From contig JAQULK010000001.1 of the NCBI GenBank assembly GCA_028718635.1, positions 24,626 through 88,625 on the forward strand: a stretch of 64,000 nt of DNA, given 5' to 3'. The position numbers and the translations under genes were made by a program. Position 1 is the stretch's first letter. Each line of letters begins with the position of its first letter. Shown in pieces: positions 29,187 through 37,644 of the stretch. This DNA is from Minisyncoccota bacterium. Lineage in GTDB: Bacteria; Patescibacteriota; Minisyncoccia; Phycocordibacterales; UBA9973. A model generated the notes under the pieces. It was not told where the DNA came from, searched no databases, and saw nothing but the letters and a program-made list of their open reading frames with translations.

Positions 29187-29852
29187 TCAAATTGACCAAC
29201 CTGCCACGTCAGCCAATGGATTTTCAAGAAAATCTTCTAATTCTTTCATGTACTCTCTCGCGTTAGTATCAAATAAATCATAGAAAAGATCCACATTAGA
29301 AACATTTTCAAATTCACTTTTTGTAAAACAATCTCTAAAACTTGACCAACGATATGATTTCAAAAAATTTAGAATTTTCTTTGAATCATTTTTGGGGGTA
29401 TTTTTCCAATTTGGACATATAAGATCGGAACAATTAAGGTCAATATAAATTGGCATATATAAAAAATGATTATTTTTCAAAATAGGAATTATTTTTGCGC
29501 TATTCTGAAAAAGATACCCTCTTCTCCCTTTATTTTTAGTATTAAAATATTTTGTATATGCATTACCTAAACGTTTCGTAAATTCAAGAATTCCTCCTTC
29601 TGAAACTTCGTAAAGTAAAAGATGATAATGATTTGGCAACAAACTCCATTTTAAAATCTCCACTAACTTTTTTCTTCCAAACAAAATTTCTTTAATATCA
29701 TAAAGCGGATCCTTTCTGCGTATTCTAATTTTCCCATCTTGGTTATTTAAAAAAAGTAAGTTTTGCACAAATCTAAGATAATCAGATTCATCAATAAAAA
29801 TTTTTCTTTTTTCAACTCCCCTATTGCATATATGTGCTAAGTCACCAATCAT
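29187..29852 (-). CDS. REP-associated tyrosine transposase (RAYT, Y1 HUH)
   Basis: HICNRGVEKRKIF, PNHYHLL (HUH), YTKYFN.K..G.LFQ, Y.WSS. Confidence 0.9.
   Translation of the reverse strand: MIGDLAHICNRGVEKRKIFIDESDYLRFVQNLLFLNNQDGKIRIRRKDPLYDIKEILFGRKKLVEILKWSLLPNHYHLLLYEVSEGGILEFTKRLGNAYTKYFNTKNKGRRGYLFQNSAKIIPILKNNHFLYMPIYIDLNCSDLICPNWKNTPKNDSKKILNFLKSYRWSSFRDCFTKSEFENVSNVDLFYDLFDTNAREYMKELEDFLENPLADVAGWSI
29191..29217. repeat. REP-like palindrome copy 2
   Basis: attgaccaacctgccacgtcagccaat at RAYT 3' end. Confidence 0.75.
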
Positions 29853-29877
29853 GTTTAAAGTATAAACCTTTTCCCAG

Positions 29878-29905
29878 ATTGGTCAACCTGCCAGGTTGAC
29901 CAATC
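29878..29905. repeat. REP-like palindrome copy 3 (perfect stem, GCC loop)
   Basis: gattggtcaacct-gcc-aggttgaccaatc. Confidence 0.85.
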
Positions 29906-30436
29906 TTATTTTTTCAATTTTATCGGCGCCTCTTCCGCAAAACTAGTCGCTATTTCGTCCGCTCTTTCGTTATGCTTGTCTCCATTGTGTCCTTTCACAT
30001 AAGTCCATTTTATTTTCTCCCTGTTTGGCAATTTTGCAAACTCTTCAGTAAGTTTATGTAGTTCTTCCCAAAGAGCGCGATTTAAAACTGGCTCTTTTTT
30101 GGCATTACGCCATCCATTCTTTTGCCAATTAAAAATCCATTCCGTAATTCCCAAAATCACATATTTAGAATCAGAAACAATTTCCACATCATCCCCAACC
30201 AAGCCTTGCTTAAATAAAAACTTCAACGCTTCAATTGGCGCAGTCAATTCCATTTGATTGTTTGTCGCGTGTTCCACTCCTCCCCCGATTTCAAAGACCC
30301 CCTCCTCACTCCTCCCCCTTAACAAGGGGGAGGTTGGGTAGGGGTGAATTATAAAAACAGCCCCCCAGCCAGCTTTCCCCGGGTTCCCTTTCGCCGCTCC
30401 ATCCGTATAAATTTTCATACTATATTCTTTTTGCAT
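29906..30436 (-). CDS. rnhA: Ribonuclease HI
   Basis: IYTDGA..GNPG..GWG, TNNQMEL, DSKYV, VKGH.G..HNERAD. Confidence 0.96.
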   Translation of the reverse strand: MQKEYSMKIYTDGAAKGNPGKAGWGAVFIIHPYPTSPLLRGRSEEGVFEIGGGVEHATNNQMELTAPIEALKFLFKQGLVGDDVEIVSDSKYVILGITEWIFNWQKNGWRNAKKEPVLNRALWEELHKLTEEFAKLPNREKIKWTYVKGHNGDKHNERADEIATSFAEEAPIKLKK

Positions 30437-30438
30437 TT

Positions 30439-32232
30439 TTATAATATATTCTCTACCCTTAATCTTAACTCAACTCTCCCTCTAAATCTAGATAAATCAA
30501 AAGTGGCTAGAAGATTGACTGTTTTGTTCTCCGCAATAGGTATATCAAAAGAATCATAATCAGAGAAAAATGAAATAGCCGTGGCTTTGCCGGATAAGTC
30601 AGAAAAAACAATTTCCAAATGTTCTCCAGATCCATTTTTACCAAATTTTTTTATTTTTTCTATCTTGATGTCAGGAAAAAGGAAAACGGGTTTAGGATTT
30701 CCTATTCCAAAAGGTGCGAGCTTTTCCAGTTCTTTCCAATTTTTCATGTTGACGTCAGAAAGAGATAATTTCATATCTTTGATGTTTTTCCCCTCCTTAA
30801 TTAAGGAGGGGTGCTCCGATTCAGATCGGAGCGGGGTGGTAATTTTTTTAAAAGAAACAGACAGCGCTTCCTCTAAAAAATGAATTTTATCATCACAAAC
30901 GGTAAATCCTCCTGCGAGTTCGTGTCCGCCAAAGTCCACAAATGATTCGCTGTTCTCGCTCATAAGCTCCACAACAGAGACCGACCCATCGCTCCGACAA
31001 GAACCTTTAATGCAATTATTTTCATCTTTCGCCCACACAAAAACAGATTTTTTATATTTATCTGATATTTTCCCTGCCACTAATCCTAAAACTCCCACTT
31101 TCCACTCTGGGTTACCTATCACTATCACGTCCGTTTCTATTCCATTCTCGAATTTTTTATCAATATGCTTATTTACATCACGCATAATATTTTTTACTAT
31201 GTTTTTCCTTTCATCATTTATCTTCGACAAATGATCTGAGAGCAGACCTGCTTTCGCCTCATCTCTTGTGGAAAGAATTTCATAAGCTCGCATAGGGTCA
31301 TCCATTCTCGAGGCTGCGTTTAATCTGGGCGTTACCATAAAACCAATATCGTCCACTGATAAATATCCTTGCTCGATTTTCATTTTCGCTAAAAGTTTCT
31401 GCAAACCCGGTCGGGCAGATTTCTTCAGAACTTTCATTCCGAAATAAGCGATAGCTCTGTTTTCACCGGTAAGGGGAACCATGTCAGAAAGGGTCGCCAA
31501 ACCTGCCATATCCAACATCCATTTTTCCTGACCATTTTTTATCCCAAAATTCTCATTCTCTTTGCCGTATTTATGAATAAAACCTTGCATAAATTTAAAA
31601 ACAACGCCTGCTCCGCAAAGCATTTTTTCCGGATACTCATCCACTTTTGGATTCAAAATTGCATAGGCGCGAGGCAGTAAAAATTCAGACTGTAAAAAAT
31701 TAAGGAGTCGTGGGTCCCCTGTCTTTTCGACTCCGAGGGCGAAGGCGGGAGAATTTTTTATGGGCTGAATTTTTTGTTTTGGCAAGTGGTGATCAATGAT
31801 TATTACATCGATGCCGTCTGCTTCCGCCTGAGCCACTTCAGCCACCGCAGTGATTCCAAGATCGACCGTAATCAACAATTTCACTCCGTTTTCTGAAAAT
31901 TGTTTTATGGCAACGAGGTTGAGCCCATACCCTTCAGAATTTCTCAGGGGTATATAAATTTCATAATTTTCATATCCAACCAGTTTAAATAAGTCGTTAA
32001 AAATTACCGCCCCTGGAATTCCATCACAATCATAATCTGCATAAATGATTATTTTTTCCTTATTCTCTATGGCCTCATATAGCCTTACGCAAGCCTTCTC
32101 CATATCCCGCATTAAAAAAGGATCATAAAAATCGCGCTCATAACTTGGATTTAGAAAAATTTCTGCTTGCTCCGCATCGGCAACTCCTCTTTTTTCCAGA
32201 AGCGTCCTCAATAATTCGCTATACTTTTGCAT
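30439..32232 (-). CDS. recJ: ssDNA exonuclease RecJ
   Basis: DYDCDG, TVDLG, IDHH, PRLNAA.R, GGHELAGG, APFG.GNP.P. Confidence 0.96.
   Translation of the reverse strand: MQKYSELLRTLLEKRGVADAEQAEIFLNPSYERDFYDPFLMRDMEKACVRLYEAIENKEKIIIYADYDCDGIPGAVIFNDLFKLVGYENYEIYIPLRNSEGYGLNLVAIKQFSENGVKLLITVDLGITAVAEVAQAEADGIDVIIIDHHLPKQKIQPIKNSPAFALGVEKTGDPRLLNFLQSEFLLPRAYAILNPKVDEYPEKMLCGAGVVFKFMQGFIHKYGKENENFGIKNGQEKWMLDMAGLATLSDMVPLTGENRAIAYFGMKVLKKSARPGLQKLLAKMKIEQGYLSVDDIGFMVTPRLNAASRMDDPMRAYEILSTRDEAKAGLLSDHLSKINDERKNIVKNIMRDVNKHIDKKFENGIETDVIVIGNPEWKVGVLGLVAGKISDKYKKSVFVWAKDENNCIKGSCRSDGSVSVVELMSENSESFVDFGGHELAGGFTVCDDKIHFLEEALSVSFKKITTPLRSESEHPSLIKEGKNIKDMKLSLSDVNMKNWKELEKLAPFGIGNPKPVFLFPDIKIEKIKKFGKNGSGEHLEIVFSDLSGKATAISFFSDYDSFDIPIAENKTVNLLATFDLSRFRGRVELRLRVENIL
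31679..31774. repeat. Family B long-stem element inserted in-frame in recJ
   Basis: aaaaattcag/ctgaattttt IR around gtgggtcccctgtcttttcgactccgagggcg, right after DHH motif. Confidence 0.75.
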
Positions 32233-32271
32233 GAATTGAATTTTAACACAGATGGTATAGAATATATAAAT

Positions 32272-32664
32272 ATGGAGAACTGCATTTTTGATAAAATAAT
32301 TAAGGGAGAAATTCCTTGCACAAAAGTTTATGAAGATGAAAACTTCTTAGCATTTTTAGATATTCAGCCGGTCGCGGATGGGCATCTTTTATTAATTCCC
32401 AAAAAGCACATGGTCTGGATGCAAGACGCAGATGATGAAACAATCTGCGGAATTTTTAAATTAGCTAAAAAATTAATGCTCGCTATCAAAAAAGGAATCG
32501 GGTGCGATTATGTGCAGCTTTCCATAGTCGGTAAAGATGTCCCCCATTTTCATATACATTTAATCCCTAGATTTCTTAATGACAATTTGCCAATGTTTCG
32601 AACAAAAATCTACAAAGACAAAGAATCAGCCGAAGCTGCTGAAAAAATTATCGCAGCGCTTTGA
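32272..32664 (+). CDS. HIT family hydrolase
   Basis: CIF.KI..GEIP, AFLDI.P, VPHFHIHLIPR. Confidence 0.95.
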   Translation: MENCIFDKIIKGEIPCTKVYEDENFLAFLDIQPVADGHLLLIPKKHMVWMQDADDETICGIFKLAKKLMLAIKKGIGCDYVQLSIVGKDVPHFHIHLIPRFLNDNLPMFRTKIYKDKESAEAAEKIIAAL

Positions 32665-33718
32665 TTCCCGGCAAGGTTCCATTTGCTAAAAAATCAAGCA
32701 TGGCACCGCCACCGGTAGATACAAAAGAAAATTTATTTTCCATATTCAGTTCTCTTATTAGGGCTACCGTGTCTCCTCCGCCAATGACACTTTCGGCTTT
32801 AGAGCTTGCAACTAATTTAAATACTTTTTTAGTAGCTTCTGCTCCGCCGTCTTCATATCTACCAAGCGGACCATTCCAAAGTATAAGCTTTGATTTCTTT
32901 ATCAGTGGCGCTAAATTTTTTATTGTTTCTTCTCCTATGTCTACAATAATTCCATCCTTCATGACAAAATCGACGGGTAAAATTAATTTTTTATTTTTTA
33001 GCAATTTTTCAATTCCATAATTGTTGTTATCAATTAGAGATCTACCGACTTCACAGCCTTTTGCCTTTAAAAAATTATGAGCCAACGCCCCACCAACGAA
33101 TACATAATCTGCCAATTTTAAGTATTTTTTAATAAGAGGCATTTTGGTAGAAAACTTAGCCCCGCCTAAAATAAACAAAAATGGATGCTTGGGATTTTTG
33201 AAAGCATGAGCTAAGTTTTTTATTTCAGCTTCTAATTGGAAACCGGCATAAGCAGGCAATAGCTTGGGCAATAGAACAATCGAAGAAACTTTTCGATGAG
33301 ATTCAGGGAATGCCTCATTTACATAAATATCTGAAAATTTTGCCAAGTTTTCGGCGAAATTTTTATTACATAGCTGTTCGCCTTTGTTGTTTCTTAAGTT
33401 TTCTAATAAAATAATTTCCCCATTTTTCATTTCGAAACATGCCTTAGAAACTTTTGAGCCAATAATTTCAGGAATAAATTTCACTTTAATAAATTTATTT
33501 AAAGCTTTAGCAATAGGCACAAGCGTCTCTCCCCCTTCTCCGAGATGAGTAATTAAAATTATTTTTGCTCCTTTTTTAATTAAAAACTTAATAGTTGGTA
33601 AAGCTTTTTTTATGCGAAAATCATCTTCGACTTTGCCATTTTTAATGGGCACATTAAAATCTACTCGCACGAGCGCTGTTTTCCCTTTTAAATTTTTTTT
33701 TTCTCTAATGCTTCGCAT
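32648..33718 (-). CDS. pgk: Phosphoglycerate kinase
   Basis: RVDFNVP, LLENLR, GGAK, WNGPLG, GGGDT, STGGGA. Confidence 0.97.
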   Translation of the reverse strand: MRSIREKKNLKGKTALVRVDFNVPIKNGKVEDDFRIKKALPTIKFLIKKGAKIILITHLGEGGETLVPIAKALNKFIKVKFIPEIIGSKVSKACFEMKNGEIILLENLRNNKGEQLCNKNFAENLAKFSDIYVNEAFPESHRKVSSIVLLPKLLPAYAGFQLEAEIKNLAHAFKNPKHPFLFILGGAKFSTKMPLIKKYLKLADYVFVGGALAHNFLKAKGCEVGRSLIDNNNYGIEKLLKNKKLILPVDFVMKDGIIVDIGEETIKNLAPLIKKSKLILWNGPLGRYEDGGAEATKKVFKLVASSKAESVIGGGDTVALIRELNMENKFSFVSTGGGAMLDFLANGTLPGIKALR

Positions 33719-34476
33719 ATTTTTACAATCTCTGAAAACTTTTTTGCATTCAAACTAGCACGGCCGGGAAGCAATCCGTCCACTCCTCCGTTTTTAAGAA
33801 AATCTTCTGCATCTTTTTCATTAGCAGAACCGCCATAAATAATCCTGGCACCAGATGCATCTTTACCGAATTTATCAGAAAGTATTTTACGTATAAAAAT
33901 AGCCATTTCTCTGGAGTCATCTGCTGTCGCATCTCGACGATTAAGCGTGCTAGAGAGTGCCCAGACTGGTTCATAAGCTATAATTATTTTTGAAATTGAA
34001 TTTTTAGAAACTCCCGCCAGACATTCTTCGATTTGTGTTTTGACTAAATTAAAATAACTATGGCTTTCATCGCGAACATTTTCACCCACGCAAAGTATCG
34101 GTACTAGACCAGCCGAAAGGGATGATTTTATTTTTTTATTTATTTCACTATTGTTTTCTCCGAGAGCTCGTCTTTCAGAATGTCCCAAAATTGCATACTT
34201 CACGCCGATATTGGAAAACATTTCTCCGGACACTTCTCCCGTAAAAGCTCCGAGGTCGCCATAAAAAGCATTTTGCGCTCCAAGTTTTATTTTATTGGTT
34301 CTAATTTTTTTTAATCTTTCTAAATAAATGCTAGGCGGGCAGATCACGATTTCCGTCTTCTTGGCTTCAGAAACTTCTTTTACCACATCAGAAAATAATT
34401 TCTCCGCTTCTTTCAGAGTGCGCGGATTCATTTTCCAATTACCGCATATTATTTTCTTTGTGATCTTTTTCAGCAT
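33688..34476 (-). CDS. tpiA: Triosephosphate isomerase
   Basis: GNWKMN, GAFTGEVS, GHSERR, AYEPVWA, YGGS. Confidence 0.97.
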   Translation of the reverse strand: MLKKITKKIICGNWKMNPRTLKEAEKLFSDVVKEVSEAKKTEIVICPPSIYLERLKKIRTNKIKLGAQNAFYGDLGAFTGEVSGEMFSNIGVKYAILGHSERRALGENNSEINKKIKSSLSAGLVPILCVGENVRDESHSYFNLVKTQIEECLAGVSKNSISKIIIAYEPVWALSSTLNRRDATADDSREMAIFIRKILSDKFGKDASGARIIYGGSANEKDAEDFLKNGGVDGLLPGRASLNAKKFSEIVKICEALEKKKI

Positions 34477-34504
34477 AGAGAAATTGTATCATATTTAAAA
34501 AAAA

Positions 34505-35773
34505 TTATTGAACTTCTTTCCAATTTTTAATGTCCCAACCGCCGGTCGGTCCGGAAGTAAAATTTTGATTTGCCAAACCTGAAAGGTACCAAATCTCCGC
34601 GCTGTTGTCTATGTCAATAGTTTTTCCTACCACCTCATTCAGCTCTACGCCATTATTAAGATGTACTGTGCCATTTTGAGCATTCACAAGTATCGCCCCC
34701 ACATTATTTAAAATTTCAATGGCATTCAATCCAGAACATCCTAAAGGACAAGCACTGGTTGTGACTAACAAAACATATGTGTTGGGGCCTCCTGATCCAA
34801 AAAACTTTACATTATTTGACAACGTAACTCGACCGTCAGTAACAATAATTCCCCCGGTGGAACCATAAGAGCTGCTCAAGGTAATGTGAGCGCCATTATT
34901 AGTAGTTATATTACCCATAACATAAATAGTCCCAGTAACAGTAATATCAGCATTAATCGCCAAATTTCCGGTAATTTTTACCGGTCCCAAATTTTGAGAG
35001 GATGTAATAGTTAAATCACCGATAATAATATTATTTTCTGCCTCAGCATCTTGTTTCCATTTACTTATCATCACTTCTGTTATCGGCATATCCACAGCTA
35101 CTGGATCCGGCTCGGAGATATTGCAAGATTTATTATTATGCGATCCGCTTTGGCAATAGAGATTGCCCAAAACAGTGGAATTGTTCACAGTATGCGCCCT
35201 AGCATCTCCCTCACCATTTTCCCCAACATCAATATTATCGATAACCCCAGATGCCCCTGCAGCAAATGCTGAACCAGTAATCCTAGCACCATTTGCTCCG
35301 GTTATATTTCCATTTGAATAAACATTTCCATGCACGATTGCATTTCCAATAACAAATCCACCTACTCCGGATTGAATACCATAACTGAAAGAGACTCCAT
35401 CACCTGCCAATAAAACCATTTCACTGTTTCTTTGCCTAGAAGAAACATCTCCGAGAGAAATAATAGTTTTTTCATTATAACCTGAGTCAGTTATTGTCGT
35501 TACCGAAGTATTTCCACCTAAATTTATAGAAATTGGAGAATTAATTGTTGTTGAATTTTTTAATCTAAAATAAGCGTCCTCTATTCCTGACTCAGATAAA
35601 AATAAACTTTGCTTAGATTTAACTAGATCACTAGATATTTTAAATTCCTGTACAGTTGGACCCACAAGCCCAGCAATTATCGCCAAAGAAATAAAAAGAA
35701 AAAAGATAACCGATATCAGCATCGCTGCTCCGGATTGTGAATTTCTTTTTGTATTTTTTCGCAGTCTTCGCAT
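34505..35773 (-). CDS. PilX-like minor pilin / pilus-associated protein
   Basis: GAAMLISV..; ESGIEDA; C-terminal W.I..WKEV. Confidence 0.75.
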   Translation of the reverse strand: MRRLRKNTKRNSQSGAAMLISVIFFLFISLAIIAGLVGPTVQEFKISSDLVKSKQSLFLSESGIEDAYFRLKNSTTINSPISINLGGNTSVTTITDSGYNEKTIISLGDVSSRQRNSEMVLLAGDGVSFSYGIQSGVGGFVIGNAIVHGNVYSNGNITGANGARITGSAFAAGASGVIDNIDVGENGEGDARAHTVNNSTVLGNLYCQSGSHNNKSCNISEPDPVAVDMPITEVMISKWKQDAEAENNIIIGDLTITSSQNLGPVKITGNLAINADITVTGTIYVMGNITTNNGAHITLSSSYGSTGGIIVTDGRVTLSNNVKFFGSGGPNTYVLLVTTSACPLGCSGLNAIEILNNVGAILVNAQNGTVHLNNGVELNEVVGKTIDIDNSAEIWYLSGLANQNFTSGPTGGWDIKNWKEVQ

Positions 35774-35784
35774 AATTTTTGTAT

Positions 35785-36324
35785 TTAATAACTCCCTCTT
35801 AAAACAATCGTATCATAAAAATCTTGAGTATTGCCTGATGTATCATTGGCAGACTTAAGAGTTAAAACTATTTTAACTGCTTTTCCTTTGGTCGTATTTA
35901 TTTGAGTAAAAGCGAGAGCGGTCACTGTAGTATTGGGTGAATTTAGGTTTCCAATATTACTACCGGTATCCCAAAGTTGAATATTCGGACTAATAAATTT
36001 AAATTCAGTGGTTTTGCCACTTCCAGCATCAAGCACTAAATCATTTGTGCCGATGGAGATGATTCCGTTCGCTTGCCTGATTTCTCTCGACATCCTTTCC
36101 ATGATACTTCCACTTTGTACTAGTTCTGCCTGTATAGTAGTTTCCTTAAACGATCTTGCCATTGTTATCATGGCATTGATCACCAATGAAGAAAGAACCG
36201 AAAAAAAGGCAATATAAAAGAGAAGTTCTAAAACACCATATCCACCAGACAGCGCCTTAGGCGCTGTCTGAGCGCCTAAGGCGCTGTCTGGTTTTGTTTT
36301 CGCAGTTTTTCGCAGTGTTCGCAT
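35785..36324 (-). CDS. Type IV minor pilin (PilW-like)
   Basis: GYGVLELL type III signal; MERMSREIRQA; palindrome insert in leader. Confidence 0.8.
   Translation of the reverse strand: MRTLRKTAKTKPDSALGAQTAPKALSGGYGVLELLFYIAFFSVLSSLVINAMITMARSFKETTIQAELVQSGSIMERMSREIRQANGIISIGTNDLVLDAGSGKTTEFKFISPNIQLWDTGSNIGNLNSPNTTVTALAFTQINTTKGKAVKIVLTLKSANDTSGNTQDFYDTIVLRGSY
36244..36292. repeat. CCAGACAGCGCC palindrome (tandem) in pilin leader
   Basis: ccagacagcgccttaggcgctgtctgagcgcctaaggcgctgtctgg; also at 51510-51536. Confidence 0.8.
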
Positions 36325-36338
36325 AATTTTTGTATGTT

Positions 36339-36764
36339 TTATGAAAAAATATCTGTTATATAAAATTGCAATGTCTTAGTAAGAGTGGCGCCTCCCTCCG
36401 GCCAAGAAACTGTGACTGTAATTAATTTTGTTCCAGGATCAAGAGTGCCTCCGGAACCGACTATGTTTTTAGTGTCGTTGTCTCGGTTCACATCCGAAGC
36501 GACGACTGTTCTGTTGAAAATACCTACTTGCTCCGAAGTACTGAGGGTGGACACATTGCTCCAAGCATTATCTCGGGCGATTCGCGCATTTTCCGCTCCT
36601 TCCTCCAACAAGAATGACGCTTGAGTCATATGAAAAGCTTGGCGAGAAACATATATTGATTTTTGAGCGACCGTCATCGCAGCTAAAATAGAAACAGTAA
36701 TAATGGAAACGGCTACAAGTACTTCAACCACCATGAACCCTCTATTTTGAAATATTTTAGTCAT
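36339..36764 (-). CDS. Type IV minor pilin (PilV-like)
   Basis: RGFMVVEVLVA; ITVTVSW. Confidence 0.85.
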   Translation of the reverse strand: MTKIFQNRGFMVVEVLVAVSIITVSILAAMTVAQKSIYVSRQAFHMTQASFLLEEGAENARIARDNAWSNVSTLSTSEQVGIFNRTVVASDVNRDNDTKNIVGSGGTLDPGTKLITVTVSWPEGGATLTKTLQFYITDIFS

Positions 36765-36767
36765 TTT

Positions 36768-37226
36768 TTAATCCACACTAGCCACTCCCGTAGCAGAAAT
36801 TGTAATAATTTTTGAATAGACAGGAGTGGAAATAGTTATTGTGCCAGTCTTACTCGGACTTCCAGAAAGACGATTAAAATAAATATCCACGGGTAGGGTA
36901 AGTGTACCACTAGATATAATAGCAGGTGTTGCAATACTTATTGTTTCATCTTTTGTTGTATCCCGAGTGGAAAAATCTGTGCCTTTAAAAATTATAACTT
37001 TGTCAGATTGGAAATGCACTCCATAAGAAGAAGAATTCAAAGATGCAAGCGTTTCCCCGCGCGCTTTATCTATAGACGATAACGTATCGGAAACTCCGCT
37101 TTTCAACACTTGATTCTCTCTCATTTTAGAAAATTGCGGAATAACAACTGAAAAAATAATACCGAGCACTGCTAATACTACCAATAACTCTATAATTGTT
37201 ATTCCTTTTTTGTATAAATTTTTCAT
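36768..37226 (-). CDS. Type IV pilin (FimT/GspH-like)
   Basis: KGITIIELLVVLAVLGI. Confidence 0.88.
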   Translation of the reverse strand: MKNLYKKGITIIELLVVLAVLGIIFSVVIPQFSKMRENQVLKSGVSDTLSSIDKARGETLASLNSSSYGVHFQSDKVIIFKGTDFSTRDTTKDETISIATPAIISSGTLTLPVDIYFNRLSGSPSKTGTITISTPVYSKIITISATGVASVD

Positions 37227-37236
37227 TATTATTCTT

Positions 37237-37638
37237 TTAGGTTAACCTTCTTGTCTCTTTGTCTGATTGTTTTAAAGCAATAATTAGAATACTGATTACA
37301 ACATACATAATACTTACCCATTTGAATATCTGTTCAGGGTATGGAGAAAAATAATCACCGGAACTAGGGTTTGGGTAAAAAATAAAAAGCAGGGTGGCAA
37401 GAGGAATAAACCAAATGGCAAACTTTTTCCAGGCGGAAAAGGCTTGCTGTGCAAAAATTAGTATAAAGAATACAAGTGCTAGTGCAGACATGCCATAGAA
37501 AAGCGCCTTGGATGTATTTATTAAGTTGTAGCAGAAAATACTATACCCGCATTCATAAAACTTCAATAAAAAAAAACCTATCCCCAAACCAAACAAAGAA
37601 AGTAATAGTAAACCAAAAGTAATTTTTTTTGTATTCAT
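37237..37638 (-). CDS. Small 4-TM membrane protein
   Basis: Hydrophobic; C....C after TM1, FSAWKKF. Confidence 0.75.
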   Translation of the reverse strand: MNTKKITFGLLLLSLFGLGIGFFLLKFYECGYSIFCYNLINTSKALFYGMSALALVFFILIFAQQAFSAWKKFAIWFIPLATLLFIFYPNPSSGDYFSPYPEQIFKWVSIMYVVISILIIALKQSDKETRRLT

Positions 37639-37644
37639 ATTTTT

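Noticed and set aside
30419-30436. Similar starts of rnhA (MQKEYS) and recJ (MQKYS)
   Set aside because: Short A-rich similarity, could be chance.
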